The position numbers were made by a program, and so were the translations under genes. Positions 52,081-63,237 of a DNA stretch of 64,000 bases are shown one piece after another. Origin of the DNA: Mobula hypostoma (taxonomy: Eukaryota); contig NC_086097.1 in assembly GCF_963921235.1 (NCBI RefSeq), forward strand, positions 158,040,001-158,104,000. Reading direction: 5' to 3'. The stretch's first letter is position 1, and each line of letters begins with the position of its first letter. Below the pieces are notes generated by a model. The model was given only the letters and a program-made list of their open reading frames with translations. It was not told the origin of the DNA and searched no databases.

Positions 52081-52869
52081 TTTAAGTGTGCTGAATCCAG
52101 AAGAGTGGGTCCACTTCCCTCTCATTCATTTCCTAGATTTGGCATTTTACTGGTGTACTACATTTTGAATGTGTTACTCTAGATTTCCAGCACCTGCAGA
52201 ATCCCTTGCGTTTACTATTTTACTGATGCCAATGTCTGTCCAAACTTTGTAATGTTATTGTTAACAGGTAATAGGTCTTACATCAAGCTTCGGTACTCCT
52301 ATCTGTTGTTTCTGTGATTCGATTTGCCTCAAAGTGCTGAATTTTTGGAAGGGATTATTGAGGCTTTTATCATCTGACTCACTTACTTCAAATGAAGTCC
52401 AGTGCTTTTCTGTGTGTCTACAGAAGTATGTAACTGACCTCCTCTTCACAGCTTGTGTCTGCGAGAGGTGTAGAAGACTGTTCGTTCAAATATCTGCTTG
52501 AATTTTTTGAACTCCTCCACAAGGTTCCCAGTACACCATGGACTGGAACTGTGTTCTCATTACAGCCATCCGTCACATGCACAGTACAGGTTAGTGCTGA
52601 TTTTTCTTTAAAACCTAGGTGCAGCATGCATGTCATTCACATGATACAGAATATCACTCAGTGGCCACTGCTAGCATGATGTGTTCTCAGAACCCTGCCT
52701 CTAAGTAACAATTGAAGAACAAATTTGTAGCTTACATCATGTTTATTTTAAGACTACATACAATGTATAATTTCTATATAGAATGTATTGCACAAGTCAG
52801 TGAATTGGTATGAGTAAAAAATGTAATTATGCCTTAAACAGAAGTGTTCCCAATTCATTCTTGTAATAA

Positions 52870-53590
52870 TATAGACAAAATGCTGGAGCAACTTAATGGG
52901 TCAGGCAGCATCCATGAAAATAAACAAACTGTCAACGTTTCAGGCTGAGACCCTTCTTCAGGACTGAAAAGGAAGGGGTGAAACACCAGAATAAAAGGAG
53001 GAGGGGGGCGGTAGGGGAAGAAGGATAGGTTGAAGGTGTTAGGTGAAGCCAGGTGAGTGGAAAAGATAAAGGGCTGGAAATGAAGGAATCTGACAGGAGA
53101 GGAGAGTGGACCATAGGAGAAAGGGAAGGAAGAGAAGCACCTGAGAGAGATGATAGGCTGTTAGAGAAGAAGTAAGAGACCAGAGTTGGGAGTAGAAAAG
53201 GAGAAGAGAGGGAGGGAAGGAGAAATTGATATTCATGCCATCAGATTGAAGACTACCCAGAAAGAATATAAAGTGTTTCTCCTCCACCTTGAAGGTGACC
53301 TCCTCGTGGCACAAGACAAGGCCATGGTCCGACATTTCTCCTATGATTCACTCTCCTCTCCTATCAGATTCCTTTCTCTCTAAGCCTTTACCTTTCCTAC
53401 CCATCTGGCTTCACCTACCACCGTCTTCCCCTCCCCCAAGCTTTCAATTCTGGTATCTTCCTCCTTCCTTTCCAGACCTGAAGAAGAGTCTCGGCCCAAA
53501 ACATCAATTGTTACCTAACCTGGTGAGTTCCCAGCATTTTGTGTGTGTTGCTTTGGATTTCAAGCATCTTCAGATTTTCTAGTGTTTATG
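52870..53590. mobile_element. Penelope-like element: minus-strand GIY-YIG end plus pLTR, joined to an inverted plus-strand pLTR
   Basis: ORF 53039-53335 HGLVLCHEEVTFKVEEKHFIFFLGSLQSDGMNINFS. Orientation switches at ~53331. Confidence 0.82.
52929..52966 (-). ncRNA. Minimal type I hammerhead ribozyme motif with intact core
   Basis: The minus strand reads CAGTC-CTGAAGA-A-GGGTCTCAGCCT-GAAA-C-GTT^GACAG. The AACGTT palindrome would allow a dimeric stem III. Confidence 0.65.
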
Positions 53591-54279
53591 ATTTGTTGCA
53601 ATAATATAACAACATTCAATTTGATTATTTGCCATCCCAGCCAAATTCTCTTCACAGAAACCATACTGAGTTTGACTTATTTTATCATCAATCTCCAAGT
53701 ACCTCGAAACCTCATCCTTAATAATAGATTCCAAAACTTTCCTAACTACTGAGGTTAGGCTAACTGGCCTATAATTTCATTTCTTTTGCCTTTGTCCCTT
53801 CTTAAAGAGTTGAGTGACATTATTTTACATTTTTACTTTTCAGAAATTTAACCAAGTTAGTTTCAAATAACATTGCTATATCTGCACCAACAGTCCATTT
53901 TAAGTAATACCTTCCCCCATCAACTTTCTTTACAAGACAAACCATCTGACATCTAGCTTTGTTCTTCTGGTGATAAAGCTGTGTTTATGTTCTTTAATAC
54001 AGATTTGCCAACTTTTGGAATGTCTCCAGTCTGCATCTCTCAAAGACATTCGTCTAGTTGAAAACGTGCATTAAATCCGCACTATTAACCTTCTTTACTC
54101 CAGTGAAAGAAACAAGATTGCTCATAATGGCAAGATATTGCTTCTGCTTGCATTCTAATGAATCTCTTTCTCTGTCCTCATGGCTCCAACATGCCAAATG
54201 TAAATGAAGGTCAAATGAGGTGAAGAATCATAAACATTTGAAAGTAAGGCTTACTAATAAGTCAGTTCCATGGGTATGC

Positions 54280-54640
54280 GGTGCGAGTTTCATTATCAGG
54301 GCCCCTCCCAATTCTGGTCATACCTTCTTAGTGGTGCAATCAGACAGGAAGTACAGAAGCCTGAAGACCCACACCTTAACGTTCAACAGCAGCTTTGGCC
54401 CCACAGCCATTAGGTTTCTGAACTGACCTGAAAGCCTTAACACTACCTTGGATTATATTTTTTGCTATCTCTCAGCTTGCACTTAGTAATAATGTTTATT
54501 TTGTCATGTAGGTTTTATATAATTTTGTATAATTTCTATAGATGTATGGTGGAGAACATTCTGACTGGCTGCATCCCAGCTTAGTATGGAGAATATAATG
54601 CACAAGACTGAAAGAGGCTGCACATAGGTGCAGTGAAAGC
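54280..54640 (+). mobile_element. Rex1/Babar fragments
   Basis: SDRKYRSLKTHT..NSSFGPTAIRFLN and atagatgtatggtggagaacattctgactggctgcatc. Confidence 0.65.
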
Positions 54641-56630
54641 TTATTCTTATTGAAATGGATCCAGGTAATCATCCATGCTTAATTGACCAAATAACACTGA
54701 CAGCATAGTGAGAATGTGATAGTACAAACAAAATCAGGTGAAATAAATTTGTTGATTTATTTCTTTGAATGAAAATTGGTCAGGAAAAGAAATGAGATAG
54801 AATAACTACCATGAACAACTGCATGCTAGACCAGGGCAGATGGGCTGTGTGACTTAATCGACTTCCTTTGTGTTACTTGGTTATGCTTTCTCTCATTGTT
54901 CATGTTTCCACTTGTGTATCTGCATCGACAACTCAATGAAGGAAAATGTCATTTAAAGAAGAATGATAAAATTGGAGGGGCAAGGCATGTGGGACAAGAT
55001 AGCAGTAAAGACAAGTACTGAGGAAGGACTGTGGATAGAAACAATTGTTGCAGGAGGAAAGGAACTGAAGGAGATTTGTAGACATTTTCCTCTCTCTAAT
55101 GGAAGTTCCATGAGTCCCTCTCTCCGCGCTTCTCCACAAATTCCACTGTCTCCAGCTGTAGAATGAATGTGGTCAAACTGTTGCAGAGCAGTGGAAGGCA
55201 CCAAGAGAAATCTTCAATTCCTTTCCTCCCACAAATGCTGCCTGTTCAGCTGAGTTCCTCAGCAGACTGCCTATTGCTCATTTAAAATAGTGATCTTTAA
55301 TAGTAACAAAATGATATTTTTATGCAGGCAGTAAAAAGATCGATTTCATCACTAATTAAATATTTAACCATTACTTGGTGATGTTTGTTGGAAGGAGGTA
55401 CTGACATTAAGATACTTCACAGGATCATGAAGCAGTTGATTTAAATTCAGCCACTGCTGATAACCTTAGTTATTGTTGAGCATAATAGATATGATAGCGT
55501 AAGCAATGATATCTTCATCCACAGGTATTTATGAGAATCTCCAGTAACAAAACAGATTCCATTTTAAGACAAATAACCCATTCTGATTTTAATTGATAAT
55601 TTTTCACTATTTCAAAATTCTCATATGAAGACAATTGGCAAAGGATACATAACATCAGCAAGGTCAAGTGTACAAACTTGGCCATGGAGTAGTCATTGAC
55701 ATTACTTTGCCATGTAAATTATGGGCTACAGTGAATGATGTTGCCACCTTATATGGGCTCATCAAACTTAAAGAATATAACGGGAAGACAAAGCTTGATG
55801 AACTCTGGATTGATCATCCAAATCATGGAACAACTTGCTGAACGATACTTCCTGGAAACATGGGATTTCATTCACTCTCATTTCATGTAGGCCATTGACT
55901 AGATGGCCATCTTGAAGAACAACAAGTAATTATTTTTAGTCAATCATTAGAAACTTAATAATTAAACTGAAGCATTCATTAGCTGTTTGAAGGATGTTAA
56001 GTGTAGTTTATTTTTAGGTGGGTTTAGGGGGTGCCGTCAGAGCAACTATGATGAGTTCATGGCACACACTATATCCACTGTACTTTGGTGCCAGAGTGAA
56101 TGAGTGGTTAGGGTAGTCAACTGAGTGCCGATCAAGTAAGCCACTTTGTCGTGTATTGTGTCTCACTTCTTGAGTGTTGTTATTTCATTACACTCCTGCT
56201 ATGTGCTTTGACAGAAATGCTTTGGGGTGTCAGGTTGTGACTCATTGACACAGGATACCAAATGTATCTGACTGGTATGTGTTTCTGATCATTGGTAACC
56301 TTTAAGATGTTGATGATGGGGTACGCAACAAAGTTAATGCTATTGAGTGTCAAGTGGCTATGGTTAGACTTTGTCTTGTTGGAGGTGGGCAGGTCATTTA
56401 AAACTTGTGCAGCATGGTAGTTACTTGTCATTTGCCAACAAAATTTCAGCTTTATATGAAAGTAAGGTCTTTGATGAAGCAGTTCATGTTTGCACCTAGG
56501 ACACTGCTTTGCGGAAGTATCCAGGGGGAGGAATTATCACCTTCCAATAACCACAATCAGCTTCCTTTGCAGAGGGTGTGATTCAGCCACTCGGAGCATT
56601 TTCCTCTTCAGGCCTTGGATTACTGGTTAT

Positions 56631-57145
56631 AATCCTGGTCTGCCACAACAGACAGGATCTCCCGGTAGCCACCCACTTCAACTCTGCTTCCCAATCCTAT
56701 TCAGATATGTCCATACATGGCCTCCTCTACTGCCATGATCAGGCTAAACTCAGGTTGGAGGAGCAACACCTCATATACTGTCTAGGTAGTCTCCAGCCCC
56801 TTGGTATGAACATAGAATTCTCCAAATTCCGGTAATTCCCTCCCCCTCCCTTCCCCTATCCCTATTTCACTCTGCCCCCTTCCCCAGCTGCCTATCACCT
56901 CCTTCATGGTTCCGCCTCCTTCTTCTACTACCCATTGTTTTCCTGCCTATGGCATCCCTGCTTCCCCTGCCCCACTCCTTTGTCTTTCAAATTACTGATC
57001 TTTCAACTGAACCTACAAGCATTCTTCAAATCCTTCCCCCTCCTTCTTTCTTCAGTCCTGATGAAGGGTTCCGGCCCGAATCATCAACTCATTGTTTCCA
57101 CTGATGCTGCCCGACCTGCTGAGTTCCTCCAGCGTGCTGTGAGTG
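56631..57145 (+). mobile_element. Penelope-like element 3' end (GIY-YIG C-terminus plus pLTR with mutated hammerhead)
   Basis: DLPVATHFNSASQSYSDMSIHGLLYCHDQAKLRLEEQHLIYCLGSLQPLGMNIEFSKFR*. 11-bp TSD TTACTGGTTAT at 56620-56630 and 57146-57156. Hammerhead remnant cagtcctgatgaagggttccggcccgaat. Confidence 0.88.
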
Positions 57146-57825
57146 TTACTGGTTATTTAGATTAGTTGTTTCAATAAGAGGCACATAACTCCATTTCACA
57201 AATAATGTCTCTATTGTCATTGGACTTTGCTTTCATTAAACAATAAACCACGCAATTTACATTATTCCTTTCACAATCCTCCCTATCCACTAATTATGAA
57301 TATCTCTCAGTAGCTGCTTGCTCCAAATGACCGCATTAATACATGCAGTGTTGCATTGTATTTCAACCTTTTTTCTCTTATTAGCACAATGAAGGCTGTT
57401 TTTATTCTCTTCTCAACCTTTTCCAAAACTTTCAAAATCTTCAACATTTACATCCATTTAAGTGCTAATTAACTCACATTTCCAGTACAAGTTAGCTCTG
57501 TCTGATCAAAAACCTTTGAATCAAAATCAATTAACTCCTTTAAAAATGAAACAAATTAGCATCTAATTAGGAAAAAAGATTACAGATTGGAAGGACTGAG
57601 ATGTGTAAAAGGTTGATTCTTTCCTATAATAGTAGCATTAATGTCCAATAATTTCATGTATGTATTGATGAGAAAGTTGCAGCTAAGTACCAGAAACACA
57701 CACAAATTTAAAGCCAAAGGATACGGCTGTCATCTCCGGAAGGCCATATTTTAAAACTTGAACACAACGCAAGTAGGACATTGCTCCAAATTTTTATAAT
57801 TAACTACTAAATGAACATCACTTAC

Positions 57826-57933
57826 CATGCATCTGGGATCACATGGTACAAATCTGGAGTGCAACTCGACAGAGTGTAGCTTCAATTGCATTTATAATTT
57901 TTCAGATTATGATATTGCTTTCTTAGTTATTAC
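57826..57933 (-). other. Candidate 108-nt exon (non-coding, or recursive-splicing exon)
   Basis: ttctccctgattccaacag|GTAATA...GATGCATG|gtaagt. Stops occur in all three frames near its start. Confidence 0.3.
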
Positions 57934-58380
57934 CTGTTGGAATCAGGGAGAACTGAAAGATACTTTACCAGTTTACGAAGTATTAGATATTAAGTGAATC
58001 AGAGATATGTGATTACTGTAGGTCGGATCTAAGGTAAAAAAAATCAGTCTTTCCTCACTGAAGAGGCACAAGGAGCCAAGTGACCTATTCCTGATACGAT
58101 TTGTCATCTTTTTATTTTCTTATGTGGGATGGAATTAACGGTCTTGTAACAGCAAGTTTCTTCTTTTTAAATATGATTCTCCTTTGACAGCTCATGCAGT
58201 GGAATAAAAGATTTGAGTGGATTTAATTGATGCATTGAGAGCTGAAAGGGGCTACAGACATTTCTATTGTATTATCTGGGATGTTATAGTTCAGAACAGA
58301 CATTAAACTGTGGCTTTCAGTAAATATTAAATATGTCAGGCTATTTGAAGAAATCAAGGAGCTCTCAATGAATTTTCAAA

Positions 58381-59350
58381 GGTTCATTTATTAGCAAAGT
58401 ATACAACTTGAAATTCTTCTTTTCCAGGTATCCATGAAACCCAAGAAAGAAAAGAAAGGCAGCACAATCAACAACCCCTAAAAAATCTCCCCTCCATGCT
58501 CAAAAAATGAACAAACATGGAACAGGCACATCAACCACTAAATCATTCCTCCTGCACAAAAGAAGAAACAAAATGAACACGCCCTTCAACCCCCAAATCC
58601 TGGTTCCTGAACAAAAAAACATACAAAATGGGACAGGCACATTGACCCCAAATCCCCCTCCTCACACAAAAAAACAAGAAAGATCATGTGAAAAACACAG
58701 AATATGAAAAACTATAAGACTGGAAAAAAAAGACTATAGTCGAAGTCCATATCCAAAATGCAGAAAACCTGGGGAAATTCTCCTGGCCCAGTGGCAGACC
58801 TTTCCTTCTCCGCAGCAGAGCCATCAAAAAGACAGGCAGCCGGAGGTCATTCTCCACACTCACCTCACTGCTTCTGTCCCCTTCATTGCTTTAATCTGCG
58901 AAATGGAGTCAAGCAACAGCTTGTGCCCCAACCCTCTGCCTTCACACATACTCCCTCTGTCTCCTGAAATCCTCTCAGAAACTGCAGAGAACTGAAGCAA
59001 TCAAACAATCTCTAAGCTTCCGCATTTGCCTCAATGTTTCAATCTCCCTCATTGCTTTAATCAGTGAACTATGGATGCTTTAATCAAGGAGTCAAATATC
59101 AGGTTGCAACATCCCCGCCAAGAGGATCCTGCACGCTGCCTCTCTCTCCCGAATCCCCTTGGAGAGGGCAAGGCACTGGAACACACAAACAATCTCCAAA
59201 TAACAAATCACAGGTTCCAACAGTTCCAGAATCACACCCAAGATGAAAAACAAATGTAGAAGATATAAAAGAAGTGAAATATATGGTTTCATGATCTATC
59301 CAGAAGATGTCAGCCGACAGAGTGCTGTATGCAGGCACCATCTTGACTGC
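58381..59350 (-). mobile_element. Unnamed non-coding retroposon, apparently complete
   Basis: 5' gcagtcaagatggtgcc, 3' aataaatgaacc. 10-bp TSD AATTTTCAAA at 58371-58380 and 59351-59360. Internal ~55-60-bp imperfect tandem units at ~58460-58680. Confidence 0.75.
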
Positions 59351-59989
59351 AATTTTCAAACAACAGTCAAGTTTAACAAACTTAATAAAAGATTACTTTA
59401 AGAATTGACTGATTCGCTGGATAAAGAAAGAGTAGTTCACATAATAATGTATATAAAATTCCAACAGGTGTTTAATAATGCATCTTGCAAGAGGTTTTCA
59501 GCAAAAATTCATGAGCATGGGTTGAAAGAACATGCAGCTGTAGAAAAAGAAGTTTGGTTGACTAAAGAACAAACAGGGAATGTATGTCATTTAGATGTGA
59601 AGAGTTGGGGAAGTGTAACTACAGTCATTTTATTATTGTTACAATAGTAAAATATGTTAATAGCATAATACGTGACTGTTTGATGATATGCTGGATAGGT
59701 TCAAGGCAGACACAATTTTATGTAATGCATTTTTTATGGATACAATTTTACGAAACACAAAAAAGGGAGTGTTCATAAAGGAAAAAAAAGTACATTAATG
59801 TAATTTCTTTATTCCCAGAAAGTTTGATTGTAAGTAGGTAAAAATATTTTTTAAAAAATTAACTTTAGTGTTTTAATAGGGTGACAGGGTATAAGAAAAA
59901 ATAGTAATAACATCATGGAAAATAACGATTAATCTCCGGTTTGAACATATAACATTTGAGTACCTGATATTAAATCCATTAGCAGGTAG

Positions 59990-60600
59990 GGTCATAAGGA
60001 GAACTTTTGGCACATTGGCCTTCATAAATCAGGGCACTGAGTACTGAATTTGAGATGTTATGTTGAGTTATGTAAGACATTTGAGAGATCAAAATTAGAA
60101 CTGTGTGCAGTTCTTTCCTCCAGGAAATATGTCCGTAAGTTTAAAATGGTGCAGAGAATGTTCCTGGGATCCGAGCACCTCAGTTACAGGGAAGTGTTAA
60201 ATAGATTAGGACTTTATTCCCTGGAGCACAAAGAAAATGAGGGGAGGTTTTTTGAAGGATAGAAAATTATAAGGGGTACAGATAACATTAATGCATACCA
60301 GCTTTTGCCCCTCAGGTTTGGTGAGACTAGACCTAGAGATCATAGGTTTAGGGTGAAAGGCGAAATGTCCAAGGTGAATCTTAGGGAGACCTTCTTCACT
60401 AACAGGGTGGTGCAGGAGTGGAAATGGTAGACGCAGGTTTAATTGTAACATTTATGATAAATTTGGAAAGGTACATGAATGAGGGAAGTATAGAGGGCTG
60501 AGGTCTGGGTACACTAGATAACACTAAGCCGAAAAGCATGCTGGCATGGACTAGATGAGCCAAATGGCCTGTTATTGTGCAGTAAATGTTCTACAGTTCT
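59990..60600 (+). mobile_element. CR1 LINE 3' fragment
   Basis: LSYREVLNRLGLYSLEH and RDHRFRV, plus CR1 3' UTR. Confidence 0.75.
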
Positions 60601-60954
60601 ATAAGTATACAGAGTAGACAGATAGCATAGCTGTGAAATCACAACTATAAGAATGAAAGGGAATTACAATTATGGTAGAAACAAGAAAAAATACTGAGAT
60701 TTCACAACAGAGCAATTAGCATCTGCAATGAAAACATTATAAGTGTGTGGTCCTTCATTGGACTGTTGTAGAGAATACATTTGAAAATGTCAATATCGGT
60801 CTTCTATTTATGATGATGGAACTGAATATAATAGGAAATTGAATAGTGTTTCTTAAAATTATTAAGTATTTAATCAAAGCAAACAAGCAAATATTCTACC
60901 TTCTCATTGGGAATTCAATAAAATATAATTTTCTGTATGTCATTGTGAGGCATG

Positions 60955-61725
60955 TTAGGAGTCCACTGCTCCACTCCTTCTATGCTCATGACAGTGTTGC
61001 GAGGCACAGCTCAAACACCATCCATCAATTCACTGATGACACCACTGTTGTTGCCAGAATCACAGATGGGGCTGAGGAGGTGTAGAGGAGTAGGTTGGCT
61101 GGTTGAGTGGAGTTGCAGTAACAACACTGCACTCAATGTCAGGAAGACTGAAGAATTGATTGTGGACTTCAGGGAGGAGAAATTGGGAGAACACACAGCA
61201 GTCCTCACGGAGGGGTCAGCGGTGGAATGAGTGAGCAATTTCAAGTTCCTGAGCATCAACATCTCAGAAGTTGTATCCTGCTCCCAACGTATTGATGCAA
61301 ACACAAAAAAATGGCATGCAGACAGCTATTCTTCTTCGGGAGCCTGAAGAAATTTGGTATGTCACCAAAGACTAGCATACTTGTACAGACACAGGATGAA
61401 GAGTGTTCTGATTGGTTGTATCATCATCTCGTATGGAGATGCCAATATACAGGATCATGAGAGGCTTCACAGGGTAATCATCTCAGCCAGCTCCAGAAAG
61501 GCACAAGCCTCTCCACCATCCAGGACATCTTCAAAAGGCGGTGCCTCAAGTTGGCATCCATCATTAAAGACCCACACCATCCAGGGCATGCTCTTTTCTC
61601 ATCAGGGACTAGCTGCATGAACCTGAAGACTCACACTCAAATTTTAGAGACAGTTTCTTACCCTCTGTCACCAGATTTCCAAATGGACCATGAACTCATG
61701 AACAATATATCATTATTCCTCTTAA
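60955..61725 (+). mobile_element. Rex1/Babar-type LINE 3' portion, decayed
   Basis: SPLLHSFYAHDSVARHSSNTIHQFTDDTTVV, LVEWSCSNNTALNVRKTEELIVDFR, ASIIKDPHHPGHALFS. Confidence 0.85.
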
Positions 61726-61907
61726 GCATGCCCCATCGTATTTCATGGGCAGACCAGCTAAGTGAAATGTACAAGGACACTGGAAGGAGGATGGCAACAG
61801 AATTTCTTCAGGGGAAAACTGAAAAAACTGAAAAGCCTCCAACTATGCTGCCACCTGGACACACACATCATCATGGCCAGAAATCCTTTCAGAACCAGTG
61901 CAATCAG

Positions 61908-62740
61908 TGTTACATACCCCGTAACTGGGTTGCCAAACCAGCAGAAATGGAACGCTTGTTGGAGTCTGCGATTACTAGGAACTAATAAAGTTTTATTAAA
62001 GAAATAATTAGTACAGTACTCTAATTGTAAGGATATAAATGTAACAGGTTAGCAATGATAATACACACGTATACACAGAAATAGGGTAATAGGAATCAAC
62101 CAAGCTCTATCGCAGTCTAGGGGTAAAGTGATCAGTCTTAAGTGAAGCAGAGTTCAGTTCAGTTTAGTGCAGTTCGAAGTAATTGCTGTTGTTGTACCGT
62201 TGGAGAGAGAGAGAGAGAGATGCAATTTGGCTTCAGGCAGACCTTTTGGCTGTCTTCGCAGTTGGTTTCGGGCAGACCCTTTGATGTCTTCTATCCCACT
62301 GTGGTCACTGACTGTGACCCCTCCATTCCAGATACAATCCTTCTTCCGCGGTGAACCCGACACCCAGGCAAGGGCGGACACACACCCCAGGTTCCCACCG
62401 ATCGTACCTTTACAGTCTGTGAGCCTCTGGTCAGTTCCCGCGAACCGGACCTCCAAACTCTCACCACTTGGGGGGGCACACTGCTCTTTCCAGGGTCTCA
62501 TGGTGTCGCATGCCTTAGCAAACCTGCTCCTTTTATCCCCCTGCTGGGATATCACCTGTCCATCAAACTTCAATCAGTTCAGGTTCAAAGCAACTGGTCT
62601 GTCAATAGCTGAATTGTGTTTCTTTCCCGTTAATCCTTCTCTTCTCTCTTATTAGCATTTTGAATGTTTCTCCATTGTCTTTCTTAACTCTCTCATTAGC
62701 ATCATCCGTCTGGTACCTCTGCTGGTCGTCACACATGACA
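61908..62740 (-). mobile_element. Solo LTR, same family as 16698-17533
   Basis: Reverse-complement homology over ~830 bp. The end is either 62733 (homologous GTCACA) or 62740, where a TCAG TSD appears. Confidence 0.85.
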
Positions 62741-62919
62741 TCAGAAACAGATTCATTGTTCGTTTCTGAATTCCACCTGTTAAGTACTCACTCTTTACAT
62801 ATCATGAAAATAGTTCCATCCTTAATCAACCACATGTTCTGCACCCTCCATCCAGCCTTTGTAACCAGTATGATGGGAAACCAGAGGAGGCTGAGATATA
62901 TGCATCATCATTAGTAATG

Positions 62920-63237
62920 TGTTGGAGGACTGGAGGGTGGCTAAAACATTTTGCTTTTATTTTAGAAGGGTGCAAGGATAACAATTTGGGAACTATAAAC
63001 TAGTCAGCCTAACATCTGCAGTAGATAAGTTACTGGAAGCAATTCTGAGCGATAAGGTATACAAGCATTCGGAAAGACAGCATGAGAGATTGTCTCATGA
63101 ATTTGAATGAGATTTTGAAGAAGTAACTAGGAAGGTCAATAAGGGTAGGGTGGTAGATACGGACCTCAGTAAAGCTTTTGATAAAGTTCCTCACAGAAGA
63201 CTTCTCTGGAAAGTTAGATCACATGGGATTCAGGAAG
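62920..63237 (+). mobile_element. CR1 RT fragment
   Basis: GNYKLVSLTSAVDKLLEAIL and DLSKAFDKVPHRRLL. Confidence 0.8.

Larger units (their letters stand above)
47300..52700 (-). mobile_element. Old Ty3/Gypsy pol relic (RT ~51620-51830, RNase H ~47710-47840) split by a younger LTR element
   Basis: RT remnant DCHLHKAMERSRKAVLKINVDKC..KECQF..KVTAIT lies right of the insertion; RNase H remnant LLAIVHAYGKFQTYVCWREFIEENDH lies left of it. Outer limits uncertain. Confidence 0.65.

Noticed and set aside
58460..58680. CRISPR-like repeat-spacer array
   Set aside because: Imperfect tandem units inside a eukaryotic retroposon, with no unique spacers and no cas genes.
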